DNA of 64,000 nucleotides from a bacterium (GCA_030602615.1 JAUVZM010000004.1:17170-81169); one strand, 5' to 3'; positions 18,493-27,692 are shown, counted from the stretch's first letter. The notes: a model not told the origin generated them from the letters alone. Numbers and translations are program-made.

Positions 18493-19395
18493 ATGGCGGA
18501 AACAGTATTCACCACACAATTCAAGCGCAGAGCGTGGGTGACGGCGGGCCTGTTGCTATTAGCTGCCGGGACGGTGCCGTTTGCGGCGGGTTTGGTGATA
18601 ATTACCTATCTGCTGTCCAGCCCCACCGGAACCAGCGCCGGCCTGGTTACCGCTCTGGCTCTGATAGTGGGATTGCTGCTGCCGTGGGTCAGCTACCAGC
18701 GGCTGGCGCTGTTTGGCAACGGCTACTTACGCCGCAGCCTGACCCGGAAGTGGGAGCAAGCCGGCCACTCGTCGCCAGCAACAACATTTGTCGGGTTTTC
18801 TCCCGGCAGCGACCTGCGCATGTGGGAAGGCGAGACCGACCAGGATGTCGGATTTCTGGAACTGGCGGCAGGCGCGCTGATCTATCGCGGAGATAGCTTC
18901 TCGTGGAGCCTGCGGCGCGAGAGTATTAGCTCAATTGACCTGCTGGAGGAGCCAGGCACGCCCCAGCGAATAGTCGTCCACTGGCGTAAGCCCGGCCAGC
19001 CGGGACGTGCCTTCACGCTGGCCTCGCGAGAGGCCAACACACTCAGCGGCGCCCAGCAGGCCACGCAGACCCTCCACGGTACGTTGGGGCAGTGGTACGA
19101 CGCCGCTTCGTCGGCGGGCCCGATTCCCACGCTGGGCTCGCCGCCTACCAGCCTGGCGGGTAGCATCCCAGTTGAAAAGCTGCCAACGGGCGCCTGCCTG
19201 AGTATTCTATCGGTGGTAGTGATTACCGTGTTGATGGCCTGGTACATGGCCCAGCAACTCATCGGCCGCGGATTCTACTACCACGCGGTTCTGTGGGCAG
19301 GACTCATTGTGGTTGCCGCGATGATATTCGTCTCATATTTCCTGAGCTATCTGCAGGCTGCCGAAGCTCGCACCTCGCAGCCGAATACGACATAG
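18493..19395 (+). CDS. integral membrane hypothetical protein
   Basis: 300 aa from ATG with SD aggagg; N- and C-terminal TM helix pairs. Confidence 0.45.
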   Translation: MAETVFTTQFKRRAWVTAGLLLLAAGTVPFAAGLVIITYLLSSPTGTSAGLVTALALIVGLLLPWVSYQRLALFGNGYLRRSLTRKWEQAGHSSPATTFVGFSPGSDLRMWEGETDQDVGFLELAAGALIYRGDSFSWSLRRESISSIDLLEEPGTPQRIVVHWRKPGQPGRAFTLASREANTLSGAQQATQTLHGTLGQWYDAASSAGPIPTLGSPPTSLAGSIPVEKLPTGACLSILSVVVITVLMAWYMAQQLIGRGFYYHAVLWAGLIVVAAMIFVSYFLSYLQAAEARTSQPNTT

Positions 19396-19407
19396 CTGGC
19401 AAAAAGG

Positions 19408-19492
19408 CATAAGCGGATTTTGTGGGAAACCCGCTTTTTGAAAAAAGCCGGTTTCCCACACCCTTCCGGCAAAAACTTTTACACTTGAACAG
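19408..19492. repeat. REP-A element copy 6
   Basis: sequence identity; 13 nt after stop of 18493-19395. Confidence 0.75.
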
Positions 19493-19620
19493 TAAACAGT
19501 AGAACAATACATTCTCGGCCCCGCAGAAGGGCGAATATTCTGGATTGAGACCCCCCTGCAACCGACTTTGAGACCATAACACATGTTTGTATTTCGGTTT
19601 ATGAATAATGGACAAAACCG

Positions 19621-20412
19621 ATGCTGCCCCGGCGGTGCAAGCGGCAGCAGGAGGCACTCATCGTGAATAGCTGCAGACCATACCGGCGAAAGTGGACGCT
19701 AGTCGTTGCTCTAACCGCGTTGACCCTGGTATGCGGATGCCAGAGCCGACTGATTAGCAAAGATCAGGAGATCCAGCTAGGGCAAGATGCTGGCGACGAC
19801 TTTGAGCGCAAATACGGGCGGGACCGAGACCCCAATCGTAGCGCCCTAGTCAAATCCATCGGTGCGAACATTGAGCGAGCTGCCGAGCCGCCCGACTATC
19901 CCTACGACTTCCGGATAGTCGCCAGCAACCAGCCCAACGCTGCCGCCTTCCCGGGAGGGCGGATATACATATTCCGCGGTATGATCAAGGAACTCGACGG
20001 GAACCGCGACCAGATCGCGTGGATTCTGGGGCATGAAACCGCCCACGTCGCCCGCCAGCACGCGGTGCGCCGCATCGAGCGACAACTCGGCTATGATGCC
20101 ATCATTGCCCTGATATTTAAGAAGGAGAGCGCGGCGCGCATTGCTTCGACGGTCGGCAGCCTGGTGCTGCTGGACTACGGGCGCGACAACGAATTCGAAG
20201 CCGACCGTATGGGTATGCTTTATGCCCATAATGCCGGCTACGATCCGACCGCGGCGGTTGCTGTGCTGAAGCTATTCCAGGAGATCCAGAGGCGCGAGCC
20301 TAACGACTTTGAGATAATGTTTGCCACTCACCCCGGCAATAAAGACCGCATCAACCACGCCAGGGGTTACATTGAGAAGATGGGCTGGAATGGGGCCTAT
20401 TACACGCCGTGA
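19621..20412 (+). CDS. M48 family zinc metallopeptidase lipoprotein (BepA/HtpX-like)
   Basis: HETAHVARQH (HExxH) plus downstream EFEADRMG; lipobox LTLVCGC. Confidence 0.75.
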   Translation: MLPRRCKRQQEALIVNSCRPYRRKWTLVVALTALTLVCGCQSRLISKDQEIQLGQDAGDDFERKYGRDRDPNRSALVKSIGANIERAAEPPDYPYDFRIVASNQPNAAAFPGGRIYIFRGMIKELDGNRDQIAWILGHETAHVARQHAVRRIERQLGYDAIIALIFKKESAARIASTVGSLVLLDYGRDNEFEADRMGMLYAHNAGYDPTAAVAVLKLFQEIQRREPNDFEIMFATHPGNKDRINHARGYIEKMGWNGAYYTP

Positions 20413-20433
20413 ATGGCCGGCAACACCCATATA

Positions 20434-20622
20434 TTGGTAGGAGGGACATCCTTGTCCCGACCGACAAGCCAATTCGTACATCGTCGCGGCAGGAATGCCG
20501 CTCCTACCGGAAGGGAAGGTAATGAGCCGGGCGCGGCAACACCCATATATTGGTAGGAGGGACATTCCTGTCCCGACCGACAAGCCAATTTGGACATCGT
20601 CGCGGCAGGAATGCCGCTCCTA
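20434..20622. repeat. two tandem REP-B copies (20434-20506 and 20550-20622) embedded in a ~115-bp duplicated unit
   Basis: duplicated flank ccggcaacacccatatatt...ggaagggaaggtaatgag. Confidence 0.85.
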
Positions 20623-20651
20623 CCATGACCTGAGCAAAGGGAGCAAGCACA

Positions 20652-21143
20652 GTGTATGACACGGGTAAGCCCGGGCAGAGGTCGTTGAGAGATGGCCGCA
20701 TATCTCTCACGGGGCATACTTACTTCGTAACTAGCAACGCAGCAAATACCGGCGTGTGCTTGGCCGAGCCGAAATGTGCCAAAATAGTAATCAGTTCATT
20801 GGAATGGTTACGAGACAGAGGCCGAATTGAGTTGCATGCCTATGCGGTGATGCCCGATCACGTGCATTTGGTTTTGACACTCGGTGAGCAGGTGACACTG
20901 GCGCAGATAATGCAAGCGCTGAAGGGGTATACAGCGCAGCGCATCAATGAGCTGGCAGGAAGGAAGGGGCGTGTGTGGGAGAAGGGATATTACGAGCACG
21001 CCATACGCGACCAAGAAGACATGAGTCGCCGGATAAAATATACAGTAGAGAACCCGGAACGAGCCGGGTTAGTTGAGCAATATGAGGACTGGCCGTATTC
21101 ATCGGCGCATGAGAGTCGGAGGGAAGGTGTAGATCCGTGGTAG
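20652..21143 (+). CDS. REP-associated tyrosine transposase (RAYT; IS200/IS605-like TnpA_REP, Y1 HUH)
   Basis: HUH motif MPDHVHLVL; catalytic region GRVWEKGYYEHAIRDQEDMSRRIKYTVENP; 163 aa. Confidence 0.85.
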   Translation: MYDTGKPGQRSLRDGRISLTGHTYFVTSNAANTGVCLAEPKCAKIVISSLEWLRDRGRIELHAYAVMPDHVHLVLTLGEQVTLAQIMQALKGYTAQRINELAGRKGRVWEKGYYEHAIRDQEDMSRRIKYTVENPERAGLVEQYEDWPYSSAHESRREGVDPW

Positions 21144-21168
21144 TCGCGGCAGGGATGCCGCTCCTACC
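21144..21168. repeat. REP-B right-end fragment abutting RAYT stop
   Basis: gtcgcggcagggatgccgctcctacc. Confidence 0.75.
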
Positions 21169-21195
21169 GGAAGTGTGGCCCTCTCACGGACACCT

Positions 21196-22446
21196 ATGGC
21201 TGACAAGGCTGGTATACTACAACTAGTCCCGCGGGGCGATGCGGATGCCGCCGATCAGGTGCGCATTCTGGTCGAGGGGCTGGATCGCCGCCGGTACCAG
21301 CCACTGGTGGCGGGAGAGCTGACCCCACAGATGCGCGAGCGACTCTCCCGCCAGGACATACCCTGGGTATACCTGGAGATTCCACAGGGCTTCTCACTGG
21401 GCGCGTATCTGGCTGCGGCCGGTCAACTGCGCCGGCTTATCCAGGCCCGTGACATCGCCCTGATTCACTGCCATAATATGGAGGCTACTGCCGTAGCCGT
21501 GCTGGCCTGCCAAAGCTGGGGAGTGAGCCGCCCCTTACCCCTGGTTTCCACCCTGCACGCCCCTCGCGAGGGCCTGGCACCCGCCTACCACAGTTGGGCA
21601 CGAAGAGTAGGCACGCGCTGGCTGCTGAGCCGCTGCCACGGGTTAATCGTCCCCTCCCAGCACGACCGCGAGCAGGCGACCAGACTGGCACCGCACCTCC
21701 AGTCGCGGTTGCACGTGGTCTATCCCAGCCTGGAACGGTCACCCAGTAGGTCCCTGGAAGCGGGCATCAAGCGTCGCCAGGTTGGCCTGCATCGGGATGC
21801 CGCAATTATCGGGCTGCTCAGCCGTCTGGTGCAGGGCCAGGGCATCGAAAACTTCCTGGAGGCCGCCGCTGTCATCAACGAGGAGCTGCCTAACATTGAG
21901 TTTGTCATAATCGGGGAGGGCCCCGACCGCCAGCAGCTTGAAGAACTGGCCCACGAGCTGGGCCTCAGCGGCAGTTGCATCTTTCTGGGCACCCGCCGCG
22001 ATATCCGCCAGGTTATTGCAGCTCTCAACATAATCGTACTGCTCAGTGACGCCGATCGGGCTGCACTGCGCGGGCTGCAGGCACTGGCGGGAGGACTGCG
22101 AGTGATTGCGGCACCTACGCCCGCGCTGCGCGAAATCTTTGGCCCGATGCCGGGTGCTGAGCTGATGGAGACAGCCGACAGCGTGCAGCTCGCTGAAGCC
22201 ATCCGTCGGCAGTTGCATACAGCCGCTCATCTCGAAGAGTCTGATATGGCCCTCGAAGGCCGGCCCAGCATCACCTACCGCGATTTCCTGGTCTCCCGGA
22301 CAGTCTACGACCTGGAACGGGCGTGGAGCTCAGGCACATCCGCCTCCGACCAGGATGTCGCAATTGCTCAAGCACTTGAGGAGCGCTTCGGCCCGCAGCG
22401 ACTGGTCGCCGAAGTTGAGTCCATCTACCAGAAGCTGGGAATCTAA
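21196..22446 (+). CDS. glycosyltransferase family 4 (GT-B, group 1)
   Basis: C-terminal FVIIGEGPDRQQLEELAHELGL...IFLGTRRD...ALNIIVLLS typical of GT4; alternative GTG start at 21175. Confidence 0.7.
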   Translation: MADKAGILQLVPRGDADAADQVRILVEGLDRRRYQPLVAGELTPQMRERLSRQDIPWVYLEIPQGFSLGAYLAAAGQLRRLIQARDIALIHCHNMEATAVAVLACQSWGVSRPLPLVSTLHAPREGLAPAYHSWARRVGTRWLLSRCHGLIVPSQHDREQATRLAPHLQSRLHVVYPSLERSPSRSLEAGIKRRQVGLHRDAAIIGLLSRLVQGQGIENFLEAAAVINEELPNIEFVIIGEGPDRQQLEELAHELGLSGSCIFLGTRRDIRQVIAALNIIVLLSDADRAALRGLQALAGGLRVIAAPTPALREIFGPMPGAELMETADSVQLAEAIRRQLHTAAHLEESDMALEGRPSITYRDFLVSRTVYDLERAWSSGTSASDQDVAIAQALEERFGPQRLVAEVESIYQKLGI

Positions 22447-22921
22447 AGATTTCCCGGCCTGTGGCCAAGAATTCTGGTAGGGGCAGCGGCTCGGCGAGAG
22501 GATGTAAACGATGACTCCGGGATACTTGCTACGGCCTCATCAAGCCCTCCAGGACTTGACTTGCAGGGCAGATTGTGCTTTAATTATGGGGATTCTAGAG
22601 GTAGATATCAGACAGGCCAAGTATGATAGTCGGGCCTGGGTGGAATACAACGGAATACAACTTAGCGTGCAACATACCTTTAAGCTGACATGCTGGCACT
22701 GAGCGTGGGGAGAGACGGATACGGAGGGTGCCACGGGGGAAACTTCGGCAACCCTGTTTGGACACATTCCTGATCCGCCTCCCGTAGTGAGTGCAAGCGT
22801 ACCATTCGTGAAGGGGGTGATGCGCAGAACCGGACGTAGCTATGCTGGCCCGCAGGGGCCAGTAATCGCAGCAAAGACGGACACTTCAGTCTCACTACAA
22901 GAGGGAGGGTAGTTTACGAAA

Positions 22922-23758
22922 ATGAGAATCTACGCGACGTTGTTGTGTGTTGTACTACTGCTGGGCATAGCCTCGGCAGGACATTGTCAATGGTGGTGGA
23001 TGGGGGTCATGAACGACATGACCACGGCCCGCTGGGCGGGCATGGGTGGCACGGGCATCGCTGCGGCTAATGACGCCGCAGCCATTGACTTCAACCCGGC
23101 CAACTTGCCTAACATGCAGTTCGACAGCGTGGACATGGGCGGGCCCCTCACCTGGGGTGGCACCGCCACCTACGGCGGGGGCATGGATGATGACCTGAGC
23201 CTGAAGGTCGGCGCCGTCGGCGAGGGAGGCAAGTGGGGTGCCGGCTTGGGCTACGAGCGTCCCAGCGGCAGTGGCTGGCACAGCAACATCTACGGCCTGG
23301 GCTACGGCGCCGTCTGTGGCCCGCGCTGGAGCTGGGGCGTATCGGCTACGCGTGATGAGTGGGACAGCCGGAGCGAGACCTGGGTCAACGCAGGTGCGCT
23401 GTACGCCATACCCCAGCCGCAAGGGGCCCCGATCAAAGTCGGCCTGATCATAAGCAACATCCTGGAGGACAACAATGATCCCCGGATGTACAACCTGGGC
23501 GTGGCTGTCCCGATCGGCGAGAAGATCTTGCTGGCCGCCGATTACTGGGACCTCACCGACGAAGACTGGTGGAAGCACTGGAACTGCGGAGTTGAGGTAG
23601 CCGTCGCCCCGGAATGGTGTGTGCGCGTGGGCCGATTTGACGAGGACTTCACGACCGTGGGTGCCGGCTTTCGGCAGGGCAGGTTGAGTCTGGACGCTGC
23701 CTACATTGACTTCCCTTGGGAGGAGCAGTGGCTGGTCTCGGGCAGCATCCCCTTCTAG
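22922..23758 (+). CDS. secreted putative outer-membrane beta-barrel protein, paralog 1
   Basis: signal peptide; alternating amphipathic Gly/aromatic segments; C-terminal ...GSIPF (terminal Phe). Confidence 0.55.
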   Translation: MRIYATLLCVVLLLGIASAGHCQWWWMGVMNDMTTARWAGMGGTGIAAANDAAAIDFNPANLPNMQFDSVDMGGPLTWGGTATYGGGMDDDLSLKVGAVGEGGKWGAGLGYERPSGSGWHSNIYGLGYGAVCGPRWSWGVSATRDEWDSRSETWVNAGALYAIPQPQGAPIKVGLIISNILEDNNDPRMYNLGVAVPIGEKILLAADYWDLTDEDWWKHWNCGVEVAVAPEWCVRVGRFDEDFTTVGAGFRQGRLSLDAAYIDFPWEEQWLVSGSIPF

Positions 23759-23875
23759 CCGGGCTGTATTGTCAGGTGCAGAACCAAACGTAGCCATGCT
23801 GGCCCGCAGGGGCCAGTAATCGCAGCAAAGACGGACACTTCAGTCTCACTACAAGAGGGAGGGTAGTTTACGAAA

Positions 23876-24706
23876 ATGAGAATCTACGCGACGCTGTTGT
23901 GTGTTGTACTACTGCTGGGCATAGCCTCGGCAGGACATTGCCAGTGGTGGTGGCAGGGGGTTATGAACCTCAATACCACGGCCCGCTGGGCCGGAATGGG
24001 CGCCACCGGCATCGCCGCTGCCAACGATGCAGCGGCCATTGACTTCAACCCGGCCAACTTGCCCCACATGCAGTTCGACAGCGTGGACATGGGTGGGCCC
24101 CTCACCTGGGGTGGCACCGCCACCTACGGCTGGGGAGACCGTGATGACCTCGGTCTGAAGATCGGCGCCGTCGGCGAGGGAGGCAAGTGGGGTGCCGGCT
24201 TGGGCTACGAGCGTCCCAGCGACAGCGGCTGGCACGATAACATCTACGGCCTGGGCTATGGCGCCGTCTGTGGCCCGCGCTGGAGCTGGGGAGTATCGGC
24301 AACACGCGACGAGTGGGATAGCCAGAGCTACACCTGGTACAACGCGGGTGTGCTTTACACCATACCCCAGCCGCAAGGGGCCCCGATCAAAGTCGGCCTG
24401 ATCATGAGCAACATCCTGGAGGACGACAATGACCCCCGCTTCTATAATCTCGGCGTGGCTGTGCCGGTCGGTGGGAGGCTCCTGCTGGCCGCTGACTACT
24501 GGGACATCCACGACGAATGGTGGAAGCACTGGAACTTCGGCGTCGAGTTCGCCGTCGCCCCGGAGTGGTGTGTGCGCGGCGGCCGATTGGACAAGGAGTG
24601 GACGATGGGCGTTGGCTACCGCAAGGCCAGGCTCAGTCTGGACGCTGCCTGCATTATGCAGGACTACGACGATCAGTGGCTGGTCTCGGGTAGCATCCCC
24701 TTCTAG
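23876..24706 (+). CDS. secreted putative outer-membrane beta-barrel protein, paralog 2
   Basis: ~80% identical to paralog 1; same signal peptide and C-terminal GSIPF. Confidence 0.55.
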   Translation: MRIYATLLCVVLLLGIASAGHCQWWWQGVMNLNTTARWAGMGATGIAAANDAAAIDFNPANLPHMQFDSVDMGGPLTWGGTATYGWGDRDDLGLKIGAVGEGGKWGAGLGYERPSDSGWHDNIYGLGYGAVCGPRWSWGVSATRDEWDSQSYTWYNAGVLYTIPQPQGAPIKVGLIMSNILEDDNDPRFYNLGVAVPVGGRLLLAADYWDIHDEWWKHWNFGVEFAVAPEWCVRGGRLDKEWTMGVGYRKARLSLDAACIMQDYDDQWLVSGSIPF

Positions 24707-24735
24707 CCAGGTCGTGTTGTTAAGCCAGAACTCTG

Positions 24736-24767
24736 GGGCCCCGCAGCGAGCGGGGCCCTCTTTTCTT
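24736..24767. terminator. intrinsic terminator hairpin (gggccccgc-agcga-gcggggccc + tcttttctt)
   Basis: 9-bp perfect GC stem, 5-nt loop, U-rich tail; between convergent OMP paralog 2 and mutM. Confidence 0.6.
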
Positions 24768-24827
24768 GCCCTAATCGTAGTGCGCCCCAGCCACCACATC
24801 CGGTCTCTCAGTCTGGTAGGAGCGGCC

Positions 24828-25667
24828 CTACGAAGGCGACGGTTGGCAGACCGGGCAGAAGTAGGTGCTGCGGGCGGCGTGGGTGGTGCGGACAATTACT
24901 CCGAGGCAGTCGCGACGGCGACAGGTCTTCCCCTCTCGTCCGTACACCCGCAGCCGCTTCTGGAACTCCCCGGGCACGCCCTGGCCGGTAACATAGTCGG
25001 AGACGGTAGTCCCCCGCCACTTGATCGCCTCGTTCAGGACCCGGCGGATGGTGCGCAGCAGCTTGCGAACGGCCGGCGCGTCCAGTGCATTGGCCGGCGT
25101 GTCCGGATGAAGGTGGCAGCGGTGGAGAATCTCGCTGGCGTAGATATTGCCCACCCCCGCGAGGTGGCTCTGATCCAGCAGCCACTGCTTGAGGGCAATA
25201 GAATGGGGCTGCAACATCTCCCCTATCGCCGGCCCGCTGAGTTCGTCACTGAGCGCGTCAATACCCATATTTCGCAGCATTCGGGCTTCATCAAGCCGGT
25301 CACAGTCAGCAATCTCCAGGCGGCCCAGGCGGCGGGGATTTATAAAGAGCAGCCGGCGGTTGTCATTGAGATGAAAGGTAGCGCGGACGTGGGCGGGCAG
25401 CGGCTCGGCGGCGGCCAGCGGGCATAGTCGCCCGCTCATCCGCAAGTGCACCAGCAGGCAAACCTCCCCCGACAGCTCAACGATGAGCACCTTGCCGTGC
25501 CGGCCTACCCCCAGAATCTCCCGTCCGGCAAGCCGCCGGGCAAAGTGCTCACTTGATGTGTCCACCAGGATCATCTCGTCGGGCGCGTCCACCGATTGAA
25601 TAGTGCAGCCGACGATGGCCGCGTCCAAATCGCGGCGGATGACTTCGACTTCGGGTAGCTCGGGCAT
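24828..25667 (-). CDS. mutM: formamidopyrimidine-DNA glycosylase
   Basis: N-terminal MPELPEVE; C-terminal zinc finger CPVC; H2TH region. Confidence 0.9.
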   Translation of the reverse strand: MPELPEVEVIRRDLDAAIVGCTIQSVDAPDEMILVDTSSEHFARRLAGREILGVGRHGKVLIVELSGEVCLLVHLRMSGRLCPLAAAEPLPAHVRATFHLNDNRRLLFINPRRLGRLEIADCDRLDEARMLRNMGIDALSDELSGPAIGEMLQPHSIALKQWLLDQSHLAGVGNIYASEILHRCHLHPDTPANALDAPAVRKLLRTIRRVLNEAIKWRGTTVSDYVTGQGVPGEFQKRLRVYGREGKTCRRRDCLGVIVRTTHAARSTYFCPVCQPSPS

Positions 25668-25698
25668 GGGTTATCTCAGAAGATTGGCCAACGGCTCT

Positions 25699-25757
25699 CG
25701 CGGGGCACCCGCTTTTTGAAAAAAGCCGGTTCCCCGCACCCCTCCGGCAAAAACTTT
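25699..25757. repeat. REP-A element copy 7 (5'-truncated)
   Basis: cgcggggcacccgctttttgaaaaaagccggttccccgcacccctccggcaaaaactt. Confidence 0.7.
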
Positions 25758-25857
25758 CAAATTAGTAAGGCAGCCGAGAGGCGTTATACTTGCGCAGAAT
25801 CTTCAAATTATCCCCAAAGTATAACTTCTTTTGCCAGTCGGCCTGCATAGTCTCACC

Positions 25858-27600
25858 TTACTCTATTGCTTCTTGCCTGATCAAGTACACCTCGTCCCCC
25901 GCCCTTACTTCTTCCTCTACTTTTAAGCCAAACGTAGTATTGGCCCTGACTTCTTCTACGTCCGCGTTATCGACTTGCAATGATTCTACGCTTTGTCTGA
26001 AGAGGAACTGGTCTCGATAGAATGCCACCTCGTCACCACGTCTCACGTCGACTCGTACAGTTGTCTCGGCGACGCCTTTCCGGTCATAGTAGTGAGTCAC
26101 TTTGCCAGCCAGCACAGAACCTGCAGGCAGGAACTGAATGAGCCCAACCTGGCGCAGCGACCACTGCAAATCGCCCGCCGTGAGTTTGCGCTCACGCAAC
26201 ATAAGCATTGCACGGCGTACATCCCACGTGGTAGCCAACCCCGTGCCGTCTCGTCTTGCGTCCTTTATTTGTTGCTTTCTGAAGGGCACTGGTTCACGAG
26301 TCGATGGCTCTAAGTTTCGCTGGTGATTGACGATGAATATGCCGCCGATGTCAATTCTTCTCATGACACTCTGACGTCGCTTAACGTACCTTAGAATCTG
26401 CTGACAATCACTGTCTTTCGGGCCTCCCAACAACCCCTTGGTTTCCACGAGGGTGAGCTCCCGCTCCTCCTTCAACTGTATATCCTCCTCTTTGTCCTCG
26501 CCCTTCTCATCGCACACCTCTACATCCTCATACCCAATACCCCTCAGAACCTCCGCTAGGTTCTCCACCAGTTCATCCCCCGAAGCAGTGCATATTTTGT
26601 CCAGATGCGCGACAGATTCCCTCCTTTGCTCTATCTGTTCGTCCAGTTCCTTTAATCGTTTGGTGTGTTGCTCTTCGAGCCGTTGGCGGTCTTCGTAAAG
26701 GTCTTTAATCTCCGGCATCTGGTACTTCGGGTCGTTTCTCCAGCTCTCTGCCTCAAAGTCAGGAAACAATTTAGGGACAAGTTCAGGTAATGTCGCGGTC
26801 AACAGGTAGCTACAAACCGGTGTCAGCCTCTCAAACTGGGGAAGGACTACTAGGAAGCCGTCCCCCCAAAGATCGGCGAAGCCGACACAGTCTCCGTCGC
26901 GGTTGGTAGCAAGCGGACGGCCCACCTGGTCTCTTGGGAAAGCTCGCCGGTAGTAAGCATCAGAAAGAAAATCCGACAAGAAATCCCCGAACTTGGTCCC
27001 GAGCGCGCCTTCGGCGGGGAAGACCTCTTCACCGAAAACCGTCTTGTGTGTGCCGTATAACGTTGGCAGCCAGTCATAATTGTTGATGCTTGCTGCATCT
27101 GTATCACGAATTCCCCCGTCTCGTACGTTACCCATGTAGTACTTCTCGCTATCAAAGGCGCCCGCAAACACGACTACCACCCCTCCATTATTGACAACCC
27201 GTACAAATTCAGCCGTCTTGTGCTTCGCCATAAGATACCGTGGATTGAAGTAGTTTTGGCCATCGGGCGCATATATGCACGAATGTTCGGCAGGTTCGCG
27301 GTCAGGCAGTGGTGGTGCCTCACCAGCCTCCTCTACATATCGTCCACCAAGGTCTACTAGTACAATGTCGCTTTCCCCAAGGCCTCCCAAACGTCCGTTC
27401 ATGGTGCAGATGATGTTGCCTTGGCGCTCACATTCATACGGTTGCCCGAACGTTCCCTTCTTGACGTTAAAGCCCTGCGACTTGAGCTCCTCCGCACACT
27501 CGCTAGGCATGTCAATCAGAAATACCCTCGGTCTAGCGTGAACTTCCTGCTGTTCATTCCCGGGTGGCACTTCCTCTGCCTTGCGCTGTCGCCAAAACAT
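25858..27600 (-). CDS. 580-aa multidomain protein: N-terminal alpha/beta domain, coiled coil, restriction-endonuclease-like D...ExK core, C-terminal IF2-domain-IV/EF-Tu-domain-II-like beta-barrel; candidate defence nuclease
   Basis: GC visibly lower than flanks; motif DVEVCDEKG...ELTLVETKG (D-x20-E-x-K); C-terminus ESLQVDNADVEEVRANTTFGLKVEEEVRAGDEVYL parallels IF2 C2 [38 protein letters not shown]. Confidence 0.6.
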   Translation of the reverse strand: MFWRQRKAEEVPPGNEQQEVHARPRVFLIDMPSECAEELKSQGFNVKKGTFGQPYECERQGNIICTMNGRLGGLGESDIVLVDLGGRYVEEAGEAPPLPDREPAEHSCIYAPDGQNYFNPRYLMAKHKTAEFVRVVNNGGVVVVFAGAFDSEKYYMGNVRDGGIRDTDAASINNYDWLPTLYGTHKTVFGEEVFPAEGALGTKFGDFLSDFLSDAYYRRAFPRDQVGRPLATNRDGDCVGFADLWGDGFLVVLPQFERLTPVCSYLLTATLPELVPKLFPDFEAESWRNDPKYQMPEIKDLYEDRQRLEEQHTKRLKELDEQIEQRRESVAHLDKICTASGDELVENLAEVLRGIGYEDVEVCDEKGEDKEEDIQLKEERELTLVETKGLLGGPKDSDCQQILRYVKRRQSVMRRIDIGGIFIVNHQRNLEPSTREPVPFRKQQIKDARRDGTGLATTWDVRRAMLMLRERKLTAGDLQWSLRQVGLIQFLPAGSVLAGKVTHYYDRKGVAETTVRVDVRRGDEVAFYRDQFLFRQSVESLQVDNADVEEVRANTTFGLKVEEEVRAGDEVYLIRQEAIE

Positions 27601-27692
27601 CTAGCTGCACCTCTCTATCACCAATCTCCGCCCCCAGTCTACGCCTGTCCGCCGGTTGCTGTCAATCGCCCCGTCTCCGCCCTTTTGTCCGG

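Larger units (their letters stand above)
20414..21168 (+). mobile_element. RAYT-REP unit: REP-associated tyrosine transposase gene flanked by two tandem REP-B copies upstream and a REP-B right-end fragment immediately after its stop
   Basis: classic RAYT/REPIN architecture; same REP family dispersed at 7 loci in this window. Confidence 0.8.
22826..24706 (+). repeat. tandem duplication (~950-bp unit x2) of OMP-like gene including ~95-nt conserved leader
   Basis: units 22826-23758 and 23778-24706; leaders nearly identical (atgctggcccgcaggggccagtaatcgcagcaaagacggacacttcagtctcactacaagagggagggtagtttacgaaaATG). Confidence 0.9.

Noticed and set aside
20434-20622. Possible CRISPR/mini-array upstream of RAYT
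   Set aside because: Only two copies, part of a ~115-bp duplicated unit of REP-B; classic REPIN doublet next to its RAYT.
22511-22702. 63-aa ORF in the long untranslated region upstream of OMP paralog 1
   Set aside because: No SD, Cys/His-scattered composition; region more likely an untranslated leader/regulatory region.
22955-24895. 280-aa and 328-aa minus-strand ORFs across the OMP paralogs
   Set aside because: Antisense to the duplicated signal-peptide/beta-barrel genes; both copies of the antisense frame are Ala/Gly/Arg-rich with no features.
24429-25427. 332-aa plus-strand ORF
   Set aside because: Overlaps mutM on the opposite strand; mutM has diagnostic N-terminal PELPEVE and zinc finger.
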